Positions 24,087-35,986 of a stretch of 64,000 nucleotides of DNA are shown piece by piece. The stretch comes from Babesia bigemina (Eukaryota): contig NC_027218.1 in the NCBI RefSeq assembly GCF_000981445.1, forward strand, positions 2,852,001-2,916,000, read 5' to 3'. A program made the position numbers and the translations under genes. Position 1 is the stretch's first letter. Each line of letters begins with the position of its first letter. The notes under the pieces were generated by a model, which was not told the origin of the DNA, made no database searches, and saw nothing but the letters and a program-made list of their open reading frames with translations.

Positions 24087-25740
24087 TTAGTTATGGACCT
24101 GCGACGTTGAATTAGACAGCTGGAACGTCGCTTTAGTGTAGTCCTCGAGCAATATACCTACAATCGTAATGGGCGGTTTGCGCTAGCACCTACATATGGT
24201 TGCGAATATAAGTAGCTGCGGGGCGAAGAAGTAGTTGGGGTTGGCTATGTAGCGGCCCACCCACGTAACGTACGCCGTAACGGAGAAGCACATCGCCCCT
24301 ATGGCAACCATCATCTGTGCACATTAGCGCCACTCTTGCGTGAACCCACCATCTTAGTGAACCCGATCGTCTTGTCCATCATTGGGTAATGCAGGGCGCA
24401 TAGGCAGACGATATACCAGAGGCCCAGCAACGAGAGGTTGGGGTGCTGCAGAATTGCGATGACAAATGTGGTGATCAGGCACTCCATTGGCCGCTTGCGC
24501 AGCAGTACCAACAACGGGAAGGGGAGCACAAAGATCATCATCTGCGTGGAATTACTCGAAGTGTCTCGTTGCATGCTAGCAGACGGCCGTTACGGTCATA
24601 AATGCGTTCAAACAAGGCAATAAACACGTTGTAGCACGTAGTATATGCGTCTCAGCGTACAGCTGGTGCATATGGCAATGTCGCATGGTGAGTCATGCTA
24701 GCATCCGCCATGAAGTAGCATTTGTAAAATGCAATGACACATCCATGCAAACATCTCGGCTCACCTGTGATTTGAACGTGTTTGTTGCTTCGAATGCGGC
24801 GGGTAGGACTCGATGAAGGTACCAGTAGAGTGAATAGTCGATACCAGTTCCGCGGCCGGTGTACTCGAGCTCCAACGCACGTTTTACCTGCCCGTGAATG
24901 GCCGAGACAACTGCAAAAACAAACCACGCTCTCCCCACGTGCTGTGTAATAGAGGATAACAATGGAGAGCGTCAGGAATATGTGCGGGCAAATGACCGCG
25001 AACATCTGCTTCAGCTCCTTCCACGTGATGGACGGCTCGTTGCTCTGTTGCAGGCGGTTGTGCACGGCGACCATTGTGAGCGCAGGCAGCACCGCGTACA
25101 TCTTGAACACGCCGTTGATCAAAAATCCGGAAGCTGCCAGCTGATAGATGACGTACGGCTTAATACCAGCGCCACGCTCTACATTGATGTTGACAGCAGC
25201 GAAAGTGGCGAGAGAAACCCAAAAATAGCGTACGCTATCGGCGTTGCAGCCTTCATTGTACATTATCTGAAACTTCATCGAACACGTGTCGCAGTTACTT
25301 ACCGAGAACGGGTTGAGCAGGTGCAGAGCCGCAATGAACAAGGGCGAGGATGCCTGAGCACACATGTAAAATCTATCGAGAAAACAACGCACAAAATCGC
25401 ATCCTCGCACATGCTTGTTCTTTTCCAGCCCGGAGTTGCTTAGAAGGCGCGTCGTATTGTACCATAGCGCCGCCGAAGCAATGTCTACCAGAAGGATGAG
25501 CACCTTGGTAACATCAAGCGCCGGCAGCTGCGGGACAGCCGATGTAAGCAACCACGTGAAACTGTATATGAAGTGCGATGTGTTCTCGAAGAACTTGAGC
25601 CGCGACGCGGCGTCTAACGCGATGTATTCGAGCACATCGCGAGATTCGCGCAACACGAAAAATGGAAGAGCGGGCGCCACTGCATACACAGTAGCCTGTG
25701 CGAACACCCTCACCAACACCAGTATCAAAAAATCTAGCAT
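24087..25740 (-). CDS. GPI transamidase subunit PIG-U-like, multi-exon polytopic membrane protein
   Basis: LHLLNPFS, SLYWYL and WVGRYIANPNYFF resemble PIG-U motifs (YLLNP; GLFWYF; ANxNFF). Many hydrophobic helices. Confidence 0.7.
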
Positions 25741-25790
25741 TATGCGTATTTTACAGCTACAATGCTACTAATCCGACACGGACCGTCGGG

Positions 25791-26871
25791 TTACACATCC
25801 TCCGTCATCACGAGCTCCACCGAGATTCCGCGAGTGATACACTGCATATAGTGGAGCACGAAGTCAGCGATAATCAGCATCTGGATGCACTGCGTGAAGA
25901 TGACCCAGTGTCCAACGTAGTGAGTGAGCATGTTGCCACGTGCATTCAGCTCCCTGAAGGTTGAAAGCCAAAAGATGAATCCCAAAAACTTGGCGGCCGA
26001 CTGTGCCGCAGTGAAGTGTACAGTCGACTTCTTAGCCCTATCCGACGCGCGGAACATGACCAATTGTGGAAGAACGCAGAAGGTTTCCACGTAGAGGGCG
26101 AACGCCCAGCACGTGTCTCCAAACTTGTTGCGGTTAAGGTTGGGGTGCATGAACAAGGCCAACAGGAAGCTAGGAAGCATCACGTAGTAAGATGGCATGG
26201 TGTCCGTTTCCTTCTCGTAGGTGTCATGGTACTTGTACGCGCAGAGGTACACGATGTAACCGGCGAAGCAGCAGGCCACGAACTCCGAAAACTGGTAGAG
26301 GAAGTCGCCACTGGAGTCCGACGGCAGGTACCTGTAATGTCATTAACATACACATTTCGACGAGATGCTTGGGCGCCGATAACACGCCATCCGCTTTGGT
26401 GATCAACATAAACACTACGTTATGAATTTATACACACGGGTTGCAACATAGGTGTGAAACGGCAGTTGATGACGTTGCAACACATCGAAGTGTAAGACCC
26501 TGCATGTAAACGAAAAGACGAGGAAAGCACGGAATTGTGTCTTAACTATCCATCACTCACCCTTGGAAGGGCACAATCGACATGAGCCTCGAGCACAGCA
26601 ACACGAAGTAGCATTTCATGGTCTCCAGCGATATGCCTTTGCACGACTTGGCCGAAGTGATGCAGTAGGTCACCACGATGAAGCTGAGGCAGCTGATCAT
26701 GGACGACAACGTCAGCAAAAACGAGAAGTCGCCATCGGAGAAGAGCTTGTACAACACAATGAGCGCCACGAAGAATCCGCAATAGATCCAGTTCTCGCCC
26801 CTGTCGAGCCGCAACAGTTGAGAAATCTTGGCGCCAATGGCGGACGCGGTGTTCTGCTTTTTATATGCCAT
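25791..26871 (-). CDS. ER lumen protein-retaining receptor (ERD2/KDEL receptor family), 2 exons
   Basis: KSCKGISLET, YHDTYEKETD and WAFALYVETFCVLPQL match ERD2-family motifs. Confidence 0.9.
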
Positions 26872-27245
26872 GGCTCTGTCACGGTGGAACAGGTACACTG
26901 CGCAGAAGGTCCTTCAATTTAGTGACGGTAAATTTTAAACACCGCAAATACCGTATCGACAATATACCAGTTTTTCAATTATCGCGACACGGGGGTAACA
27001 CCTGAAAGCCCGCCTTCGACGATCAACGCGCCGCGGTGGCCTCCGCACGTCGCGCGCCGTAGATCTTCGACACCGCGCTGCATTAGCTGTTGTTGTTGTA
27101 CATGTTTATCGTCACTAGTCTCTGTGCGGGTGTGGACGCCGCTACGGCTGCGCTGGGCGAGCTGTGAAGCCTACACATTTACGTGTGACGTGCCATACTG
27201 CGCTGTGCGCTCCCTTGATGATCGCACATAGCCTCACGCCGCGGT

Positions 27246-28853
27246 CTAAGTGATGAAAAGCTTCGTGAAGTCTTCTTTGGGGACCATAAGCCGGGTCTGC
27301 GGGCACTCAACCTGCTTGCCGTCGCCGCTGCGGATCAGCGTGTTGAGCCCGTGCTCCGATATCACGCAGCCGCCAGGGCTGGTGAACGGCGCGTTGTCGT
27401 AGCCCATCACATCCCCTGTCACCGGACACACCAATACGGAGTCCAGCTTCGTTGTCGTGGGCACTTTGTCGACGTATTGCCGCCACTCCGGAAGGCATGC
27501 GGGACACGTGGCGTTCCTGTGATCTGCGCAGCTGGTGGACTTTATGGCGCAGAAACCTGTGTGCATCAGGTTCTCGAGCAGAGTCTGCTGACCAAGATTG
27601 TATATTGAAACTATACAGCGGTAGAACTCGGCTGCCAGACTGTCCCACCGGTCGGGGCTTGTCAAATCAGTGTAGTGATTGCAGATTTCACACTCGCTAT
27701 TGACGGTCTCATCGCAGTAAATACAGATCAACTGGGGCGTGGTGTCATCTGAATCGGTCTCTGGGTCTTCGTTCGACTGCGTAGGGGTTGCAGGGGCATT
27801 TTGTTCGTGCATGTCCTGCGAACTGTTGTCGTCCGTGCGATCACCCATTTCTGTGCTACCAGGTACCTGATCAGGGTCCTGTGAATCTACAGGCTCAACG
27901 TTGCCTTGTCTTCGTTGATGCGTCACCTTCAGCAGCACTATGGCAGAAAACAGCTTCCTGGAGTCCTCGCATCGTTCAAGCATTGCGCTTCCAAAGGACT
28001 TGAGAAGCGAAATAGCGCCCGTGACGTCTTCGTCCTGTAGACGCATAATTACCTGTTGCACTTTGATGTCCTCCAAAAGTGTGGAATCTAATTTCACGAG
28101 GGTCTCATAATTCGCTTCGGCCCATTCCAGCGCCCCTGATAGCTGGCGATCCAGAAGCTCGCGATATATGCGGTCGACGGTGGCGTGCAAGTCCGTGTCA
28201 ACCAACATATTTAGCTGTTCCTGTGCCACGTACGGCGTAGCGGCACTGAGATAGCCCCTTCGCAAGAGGTATTCCGACACCACCCAAGCAACACGTTGCC
28301 GATAGTCATCGAAGCAGAATTTATTGTCTACTTTTCCTGTTCCCAATGAAGATTCGGTATGGAATGTATCTATGCGTGCAGACAGCTGGGAGGTCACTGT
28401 TTCCAGCGATGCGTCAATTCTCCGCAGAGATGAATCCAACCGTTGGAGTCTTTCTAGTGCCCTTTGCAGCTTCTCAAGCACAATGTCGTGCGATTCCAAA
28501 AGCACTAGTCGCTTCGAAAGGTAGCTCGCGATAAGCAGAAGTTCCTTCTCCATAAGGTGCTCCAGCTCACGCATATTCGATAATCCAACCTCATAGGGAA
28601 CTGCAATTAGCGACCGATCCAGCTCTGATAGATGCCCATCTTTGATTAATCCAGTGTCGTTTTTCGCCTCATCAGCCCCGTCTGTCACGTCGTTGGAGCA
28701 CTGCGGAGACCGAGGTGTATACAGAGGTCGCCGCGGCCTCCTGATGGGCTCGTCTCTCTCAGTCGCCGAGTTATCGGCATCAGTTACTTCTGCCTCTGCG
28801 TTCATTAAAATTGGAGTGACGAAGGCTTTAAAATTGCTCAGTTTAACCCCCAT
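27246..28853 (-). CDS. CTLH/GID E3 ligase subunit, MAEA/Fyv10(GID9)-like
   Basis: LisH-like VSEYLLRRGY, CTLH-like ALEWAEANYETL, and a degenerate RING SVLVCPVTGDVM...VECP. Confidence 0.8.
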   Translation of the reverse strand: MGVKLSNFKAFVTPILMNAEAEVTDADNSATERDEPIRRPRRPLYTPRSPQCSNDVTDGADEAKNDTGLIKDGHLSELDRSLIAVPYEVGLSNMRELEHLMEKELLLIASYLSKRLVLLESHDIVLEKLQRALERLQRLDSSLRRIDASLETVTSQLSARIDTFHTESSLGTGKVDNKFCFDDYRQRVAWVVSEYLLRRGYLSAATPYVAQEQLNMLVDTDLHATVDRIYRELLDRQLSGALEWAEANYETLVKLDSTLLEDIKVQQVIMRLQDEDVTGAISLLKSFGSAMLERCEDSRKLFSAIVLLKVTHQRRQGNVEPVDSQDPDQVPGSTEMGDRTDDNSSQDMHEQNAPATPTQSNEDPETDSDDTTPQLICIYCDETVNSECEICNHYTDLTSPDRWDSLAAEFYRCIVSIYNLGQQTLLENLMHTGFCAIKSTSCADHRNATCPACLPEWRQYVDKVPTTTKLDSVLVCPVTGDVMGYDNAPFTSPGGCVISEHGLNTLIRSGDGKQVECPQTRLMVPKEDFTKLFIT

Positions 28854-30257
28854 GAGGGGTGTAACGCCTAATCCAACGCCTCCGCATCGGCCGCAAATTT
28901 ACGCACATTTCGTATTAGCCGATATATTCGTTTAATATGCACAAATAAAATGTGAATTCCGTGTCTTCAGTAATTTGGAGTTCAGTAATACGCTTTAGTG
29001 TGTGCTTTTGCGTAACGTCATTGGATTCCATCGACGACGGCGGCTCTTATTTACTACAAGCAACTACGACGAACAGCACGCATCATATACGGTCCGTCAT
29101 TTTCAATACGTATCATTAAATGGCGTCGATTGCACGATGGTTATGTTAGTAATAGTTGAGTGTGTTACATAAGCCGATTTGACGGCATAAAATACATATG
29201 GTTATCTTCATTGAGGTCGGCCCTAAGTCCATACTTTTGTTTTGTCTTAATTAACGACGTCGTGCCTTATTCACTTCGAAAAAAAGTTGTCTGCTCTTCA
29301 CGCCACCTCCATTTCTTTGTGACCGTAAGGCAACTGAGAGCGCGGCCAAGCAATTTGCAACATACACGTGAATCCTCTGTGATAGCTGTTAATGTATGAT
29401 TCAATCAACATAGGTGTGGCAAAAGATAACGCAAATAACTACGACAGAGTTGCGTTGCGCCTCAAGGCGGTTCTCATGTTATCAGACTTTAGCTACGGTT
29501 TAGGACTTGACTTGCTCATATCAGCCGTTTTCGTCGCCTTATGACCTTCGTAGTGTCCGTATTTCCAGGCGTGATTCATGTGCTCGTCTGTGGCGGTGGT
29601 CGATAGTCTTGATCGCATGTTCATCCTCATCGCAAAACCATAGGTTTGCCGGAAAACCACCTGTACCAGATGAGCGTCGAACCCAACCTAGCTGCCTAAT
29701 TAAAGCATCTGCTTAATATTAGCACGCACCAAAAGTCCATAGCGAGTCAACGCACAGGGTACAACGAAGAACTTCGTGTGCTTGTTTAATTGGCACCAAT
29801 TGAGGTCCTCCACCAGGTCAACGTACTTCTTGCTCTTGTGTATACATGTATCAGTCACGATCTGAGGCTGGTTTATTCCGATATCTGCGATCGTGGTGAC
29901 ACTTTCTCGTTCATTGGCAACTACGGCACACGGCCAGTTACGCGCAGTGGAGTGCTACGATGATCTTTCAATGACCAGATGCTCCTAAAAAATGCACAGC
30001 AACTCAAATCTGATCTATTATCAGGTCTTTTCCTTCAGTTGTTAATTTTTTGTCTGAACTGTGGCGGTTATTCTTCGGTAAGCATCCGGACAGCTGCCGT
30101 CATCCTTGTAAAACTATTACAGAACTCAATAAGCTATTGTCCGTATTATTGATGTGCGCACACGTTGCTACGTTATTTGATGCATTAGAACTGCTTGGTT
30201 TTGTAAGGCGGTTGCAATTATAGGGGATAAGCGCAACATACAACGCCTTTCAACACC

Positions 30258-33167
30258 ATGGGAATTTCCGCCCTGATCAATGCCGTGTTAGCTTTCTGCG
30301 CAATATGGCTGCATCGTGGGGGATTCATATACGCATCGGAATATAATTTTGACTACCAGGGCGAGTTACTCGTCAACAATGCTGTCGTTCGATGTCGGAT
30401 GGATATTGCATACCCTCTTAAAGAAACCGTGATATGCCCGATCTATGTCGAAGGGACAGAATATGTTTGGCATCCTCGGCCTAATTCGAATGAAGACGGT
30501 GATGTCAACTCGTATGTGAGTAACAACGGCAAGCTTCGCTCTATACCACTTTCGAATGTATTGCTCTCCGAAGCCGAGAATCCACTCATCTGGTTGGTGT
30601 CAAATGATACGTCAACGGAACTGCGTTTGGATTTTTCAGCCAACGAATTATTTGCCAGTACAGAACGTCGCCTGATATTTATCTGCGGACCTAAAGATTT
30701 GGTTCTGAATGCTGAATTGCAGCGTCAACTGCACCGCCTCGATGATTTCGATGGGATGCAAGAGCTTCCTTGGACCCAAGAAACACCGCTGACTCAAGAA
30801 ATAGCGAAGATAGGGCATGGATTGGGCGTGTTCTACTTAGACAGAGGACGCATGGATCGACCACTCCAGGGCTGTGGAAGCCGCCCCTCGCCTCTGTTTG
30901 ACGCAGAGAATGAGGTTTCCATAGATAGAAAGACCGGAGCGGTTTCATGCGTGGCAGATCCTATGTCCGAATCACGTATTGGATTTCTTTGCGAAGGCTG
31001 GATTGATCCTCCTAATTGCATGAAATATCTTATCAACAACAACGATGAAATTGTGACAGCCTATCCCCCAAACGCTTATTTGAATTTCGAAGAAAGTAAA
31101 CCCTGGGTGGTAGCACGATATTTTATTAATTTCGCATTACCTCCTTTCCATGGTGAATGCAGGTGCATAAATCCCGAGACAGGTGCTGTGATGGCAAAGA
31201 TGAAGATTCGCCGGAAAACCGAGTACGTTTGTGACATAGCGAGTATGATGTTGCGCAACCGGGTGCGGCCAATCCGTGGCCCTTGGTGTTCGGTGGTACT
31301 TCATCCAGGCAGCACCTTGACGATACGGTTACCAGCACCGGTAGTGAATTCGTCGTCTATCGACGAACAAAACGAGGGAGATGACGACGGGGATATAGAA
31401 GAAGATGCAATTACTGTCCCATTCTCCCAACTGCCATCTGTCTATGAATACGAAACTGAGTTTCTGCCGAAGGACATGACCACGCTGCGTCAGATAAAAT
31501 CACTGCGTGACATTGATCATTACGACGAAGTTGCATACGACCAAGCCCTTGCTGGCGATGCTCTTGAGTTGGATGCATCTCAAATATCACGGGGTGAGGT
31601 GAAGCTGAAGTACCGTTCAGACAAACCTCTGGCTTTAAAGGGAGGATTGAACTCATTCTTGTATCACTGGAAGTTGGTATCTAAAAGCGAAAACGTTGCC
31701 AACGAGACACGCGCCGTGGTCAATGTGTCCTTCGCGCTTACTCATCATTATGACATCATTGGATCCGACCTGGGGGAGCCAAGTGTGTTTGACCCAGACA
31801 GGAGCAAGGACGGGTGTTCCACCAAGCCTATGGGTAACGGTCTAGGGGGAACGTATGAATGCGTCAACGATATGTCGACGACAGATGAACACTTTGGTAT
31901 CCACTGCAGACCAGACGAGGAGCTGTTGCCTGGTAACTGTGCGTCGACGGGATATGATCTCTATTCTAATAGTATTAGGCCGTTCCCTAGATCTATTAGG
32001 AATGTGACACCATATCCCACTGTAGGTTTTCGCGTGTTACGCATGGGCTTCATTAACAGACCTCTCAGTTATGCCTGTGTCTGTGTTGACCGAAGTGGAT
32101 ACGAAACATCAAGGCTTGTTTTGGCGTCCAACCGCAAAATTGTTAATGATTATGTAGTACGTCGTGCAGGGGAGTCTCACACGCCACTCCCCTACATGCT
32201 TCTACCCTGGAGTGAGGGCGTGCCATCAAGCGACAAAATCGATTCGCCCATGTATCTTGTTATATATCATGCACCAGAGAAGACCATTAAGATGCAAATG
32301 GGCACAACGTTGCACATGACATGTGCTTTTGATTCTGAGTTGCAAAACGATGTAAATACTGAAAATCTGGAGACTACTTGGCTTCCTATGCCACCTGAGG
32401 AGTTCTATTATAAAATTAACGAGGTTACGGATGGTCTCGAACTTAATCGTGAGAAATATGCAGATTCTATATGTTCTACCCACTCCGCGTTGGAAGTTGT
32501 ATACCAAACAGATCCGAAAAGTAATGAGCACAAACAATTGACAATCAGAACGAGTAGAAGCGCCATCTTGATTTCCAAAGATCCGATAAGCAGTGAGCAC
32601 GTGCGGATGAACTTCGTATGCGGCAAGAAGGCCGAACCATTGGATTTGTCAAGCATCTCCGGTGATGCGTTGTCTGCTGACGAATCCGAACCTATTGTCT
32701 CCAGTATCATAGACGCGTCAGAAAAATACACTTGGAATGTCGTCAAGGTTCAACTAGAGACCACGGACCCCTACATGCAAGGCTGCGGTTTTACCTACGA
32801 ATCAGATGAGTTGTTCAAGCCTGAGACACCCGAAATCTACGACGCTAACGGACAACAAATAGGTTGCAAGATAGACATCCAGGCTGCCGGTGAGGCGGCA
32901 TTCTACTGCCCAGCACCGTACGTCTTGGATCCACCCGGTTGCTTCGACCAAGTTTACGTGGACGGTGAAGAGAAAAACGTAAGGGACATCAGTCAGTCGT
33001 TGGGAGCATCCCGGAGTAATCACTTTGTCACACTGAAGTTCTACGGCAAAGTCGTAGGACCCGGGGAGACCCTTCGCAAAACACCGCCACTTGAATGCCG
33101 CTGCGTAACCATCAAGGGTATTGTTCTTTCCACCATACAGATCGAGAACTATTACGCCAAGGAATGA
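30258..33167 (+). CDS. Secreted multi-domain 6-Cys (s48/45-like) protein
   Basis: Signal peptide; repeated GCG...C..D...(G/A)FxC...DPPxC modules typical of s48/45 domains; intronless, 969 aa; no hydrophobic C-terminal GPI signal. Confidence 0.7.
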   Translation: MGISALINAVLAFCAIWLHRGGFIYASEYNFDYQGELLVNNAVVRCRMDIAYPLKETVICPIYVEGTEYVWHPRPNSNEDGDVNSYVSNNGKLRSIPLSNVLLSEAENPLIWLVSNDTSTELRLDFSANELFASTERRLIFICGPKDLVLNAELQRQLHRLDDFDGMQELPWTQETPLTQEIAKIGHGLGVFYLDRGRMDRPLQGCGSRPSPLFDAENEVSIDRKTGAVSCVADPMSESRIGFLCEGWIDPPNCMKYLINNNDEIVTAYPPNAYLNFEESKPWVVARYFINFALPPFHGECRCINPETGAVMAKMKIRRKTEYVCDIASMMLRNRVRPIRGPWCSVVLHPGSTLTIRLPAPVVNSSSIDEQNEGDDDGDIEEDAITVPFSQLPSVYEYETEFLPKDMTTLRQIKSLRDIDHYDEVAYDQALAGDALELDASQISRGEVKLKYRSDKPLALKGGLNSFLYHWKLVSKSENVANETRAVVNVSFALTHHYDIIGSDLGEPSVFDPDRSKDGCSTKPMGNGLGGTYECVNDMSTTDEHFGIHCRPDEELLPGNCASTGYDLYSNSIRPFPRSIRNVTPYPTVGFRVLRMGFINRPLSYACVCVDRSGYETSRLVLASNRKIVNDYVVRRAGESHTPLPYMLLPWSEGVPSSDKIDSPMYLVIYHAPEKTIKMQMGTTLHMTCAFDSELQNDVNTENLETTWLPMPPEEFYYKINEVTDGLELNREKYADSICSTHSALEVVYQTDPKSNEHKQLTIRTSRSAILISKDPISSEHVRMNFVCGKKAEPLDLSSISGDALSADESEPIVSSIIDASEKYTWNVVKVQLETTDPYMQGCGFTYESDELFKPETPEIYDANGQQIGCKIDIQAAGEAAFYCPAPYVLDPPGCFDQVYVDGEEKNVRDISQSLGASRSNHFVTLKFYGKVVGPGETLRKTPPLECRCVTIKGIVLSTIQIENYYAKE

Positions 33168-34314
33168 GTAACGCAGATTTGGTACCTCGTTAGGCAATTA
33201 TACACTTTAATTGTCGTAGCTCGTGTTTGTCGCTATGTTGGTGTATCCAACGGCAGCATCAGTGAAGGTTGGAATTACTGTAATTGCCAATCCTATATCA
33301 TATTCTAGTATTATCAACTTTGGGGTGAAGTATAATGCCTGCATATTAGACATGAATAAAAGTACATCTCATTACGTCCGTGCTGCGTTCATGGTCCTTC
33401 AGAAACATAAAAGGTGAGATGCACTCATACTCGTCTACGTTTGCCATTTCAAAACCCAACAACGCAATTAATACTCCGCAATGAGTAACAACTGATACAT
33501 AACAATGGACTTCACTGATTTCACAAATGTTGTTGAGAGAGCACTATGCCGTACCTGGCCGTGTTGGATCACCGGTGGTGAGGCACAGAGGAATGGCTTC
33601 GTGCCATCATTATATGTTCACAACGCACTCCATGCGATGTCACATAATGTCAAACTGAATCATGTTGATGATTCCTAAATTGCGGTTTCCATATCTTACG
33701 GGACTCAGTCACAACTCGCGCCTTGATGAGGTAGGTAGCAACAGAACTTCCAATTCTTCACATATTAATGTTAATCACCAATATATAAATTAACATGTTG
33801 GTCAAATGGCGAGTTTAGGAAGCGGCGAACGGTGTTAGGTAAATCTCCACTCCATGTGGAGTTCGAGGCCATCACGGTGGGGGTTCGATAAACAGTGTAG
33901 GATTGCGTGACACAGTATTAACATAACGATATGTGAGGTGCTGTGGGTACTAGTGGCTCCATATCAAAGTTGAGAAAGCTAGGCAGTCAACTGAAGCGCT
34001 ATGCCTTTTTGTTGGTATCACAGCATGCCTGCTGGATTCCAGGTGGGTGCCAAGGATAGAGCAGAATTGCCTATTTTAATGGTGCTTCACACACGAAACT
34101 TTGACAATGATGAATACGGCGCATCAATTAATGTTTGTTTTCAAAATATCCCAGACGTTGCATCATCGAGGTGTGGGTCGGGGTAAGCAGTCTGCATATA
34201 ACCTCCATGGGTGTGATATATCTGTCATGCAAGAGGCGAGGATATGGTATCCCTGGCGGAAGCATGGGTGTCGGTGAATGCGTTGCCTAAGTGATTGATA
34301 TGTTAGTAGGTTGA

Positions 34315-34335
34315 GGGGACTGGGAGGGGAAGGGG
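34315..34335 (+). promoter_or_regulatory. Putative G-quadruplex-forming sequence ending 3 nt before an ATG
   Basis: GGGG-ACT-GGG-A-GGGG-AA-GGGG: four G-tracts with 1-3 nt loops. Confidence 0.5.
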
Positions 34336-34338
34336 AAG

Positions 34339-34812
34339 ATGGCTTGGTGGTCCGCTACGTGTATATGTGGTACAGATTGTAAGACGAGTGACTGTAGGTG
34401 CTGCTACAGGTGTTGTGAAGTTTGTTGCAGGCAACGTGACCGTTGCATTTTATGTTTGCATTTCTACAATTTGCGTAGATTCCAAAAGTCATGCTCGTCT
34501 TCGGGATGTAAAAACTGTGACATTGGCACTTGTCCATGTAACTGTTGTGTTGCGAAACGTCCACAGCAACCCGTTGCCGCCTCTTCCCTTGCTCCCACCG
34601 GTCTTCAGCCTCACACCTCCAGTGGACCGCATTCGGCTGCTGTCTCCACTGAACCAAATTCCACCGACGCCGAATCTTCCACACCTTCCCCCCATCCCTA
34701 CTCCGCCATCGCCGCCGTCGCCCTCATCATCCTCGTCGTCTGCGGCATGGTCTACTTCCGCATCCGGCCGTTCCACAGGGTGCGGTATCTACTGCGCAGC
34801 AGATCACAATAA
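34339..34812 (+). CDS. Small Cys-rich protein with C-terminal TM helix (paralog 1, subtype A)
   Basis: Cys-dense N-terminal ~70 aa, S/P/T linker, TM helix, then FRIRPFHRVR. Paralogous to 35489-35986. Confidence 0.8.
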   Translation: MAWWSATCICGTDCKTSDCRCCYRCCEVCCRQRDRCILCLHFYNLRRFQKSCSSSGCKNCDIGTCPCNCCVAKRPQQPVAASSLAPTGLQPHTSSGPHSAAVSTEPNSTDAESSTPSPHPYSAIAAVALIILVVCGMVYFRIRPFHRVRYLLRSRSQ

Positions 34813-35488
34813 CCTAACTGCCACCTACATCTAATGTTCTAGACAGAGTAATGATTGCGGTGATGACCAATCACAGGAGCAGTGCGGTGACCTAGTAGCT
34901 GACCAGAGTGATGACCTTAACGTCAATCTTAATTTCGCCAATGCGTTTTCACGTTGGATACTTGTGAGAGGTGGCTACGTCATCTCACTGTGAAGCTAAG
35001 TAATTGGCCACCTAAGTAGGCAGCTTCTGAGTGCCATGCTAGATGAGTAATTGTGTAATTGCAGGGTTACTAGTTGAGATGAAAGCAATAGGATCCACCG
35101 GGTTGTGACGTGATGGACAGTGGACGGCGTGGTTGTGTGATATTACTGATAACAGTGTATATTACTATTATATTAACCAACCGATGTGGCTTAGGTAGGT
35201 ACTCATTACATGACATGTTACAGCAGTTGTCGGCGCCGCCAACGTTGCACGGTCTGTGATGATTGAGGTCGACTGCTCAACTGGCACCGGTATACCTGCA
35301 TGCCATGGCCAGGATACCGTTCACATGCCTTGACTGGGCACTATCTCAGTTGTGATAGCTTCATTGTAGTGATGTAATCGGCTGTGATTTGGATGGCGTT
35401 CATCTGGCTGCTACAGTGACGCCGATGGGAGACGGTCAGTGTCCCTGGCTGAGGTAGGAGGTTCATGGTTCTGTATGTTGAGTAAAAG

Positions 35489-35986
35489 ATGGCGCAGAAG
35501 AAGTGCTTGGAATGCGGTAATAACTGTATAATGAATGTGGTTTGTTATTGCTGTCCCTGGTGTTGTAAGGAATGTGAGCATCAAGGATGCATTGAATGTC
35601 TTATACCCTCCTTAGAGCGCAAAAGTGGCTACCGCAATTACGATTGCGCTCCTTCGGTATGTGCGAACCAATGTAAAAAGTGTAATAATTCCAAATGTAA
35701 ATGTCTGTGCCCATGTTGTACAGGTAAAAAGACAGGCATATTTCCTGCCGACTGCAATAGCCATGCTCCCGGTGCACGCTCTGCTTCCGTTTTTTCGGCT
35801 CAATCCAGTGCTACGTCTTACATAGATGATTTCGTTACTATCACCGCCATCCCTTATATCGTCGTCTTCATTCTCCTCATCATCCTCCTCGCCGTTTGCG
35901 TCATGAGCGTCTTTCGCGTTCGGCCCTTCCACAAGGTCCGCGATTGCTTCGCCCGCAAAATGAACTGCTTGCGTAGCACTCATTAA
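35489..35986 (+). CDS. Small Cys-rich protein with C-terminal TM helix (paralog 2, subtype A)
   Basis: Cys/Lys-rich N-terminus, TM IPYIVVFILLIILLAVCVM, then FRVRPFHKVR. Confidence 0.8.
   Translation: MAQKKCLECGNNCIMNVVCYCCPWCCKECEHQGCIECLIPSLERKSGYRNYDCAPSVCANQCKKCNNSKCKCLCPCCTGKKTGIFPADCNSHAPGARSASVFSAQSSATSYIDDFVTITAIPYIVVFILLIILLAVCVMSVFRVRPFHKVRDCFARKMNCLRSTH

Noticed and set aside
34860..34920. Four TGACC copies downstream of Cys-rich paralog 1
   Set aside because: Short, irregularly spaced, and not noticed after the other paralogs.
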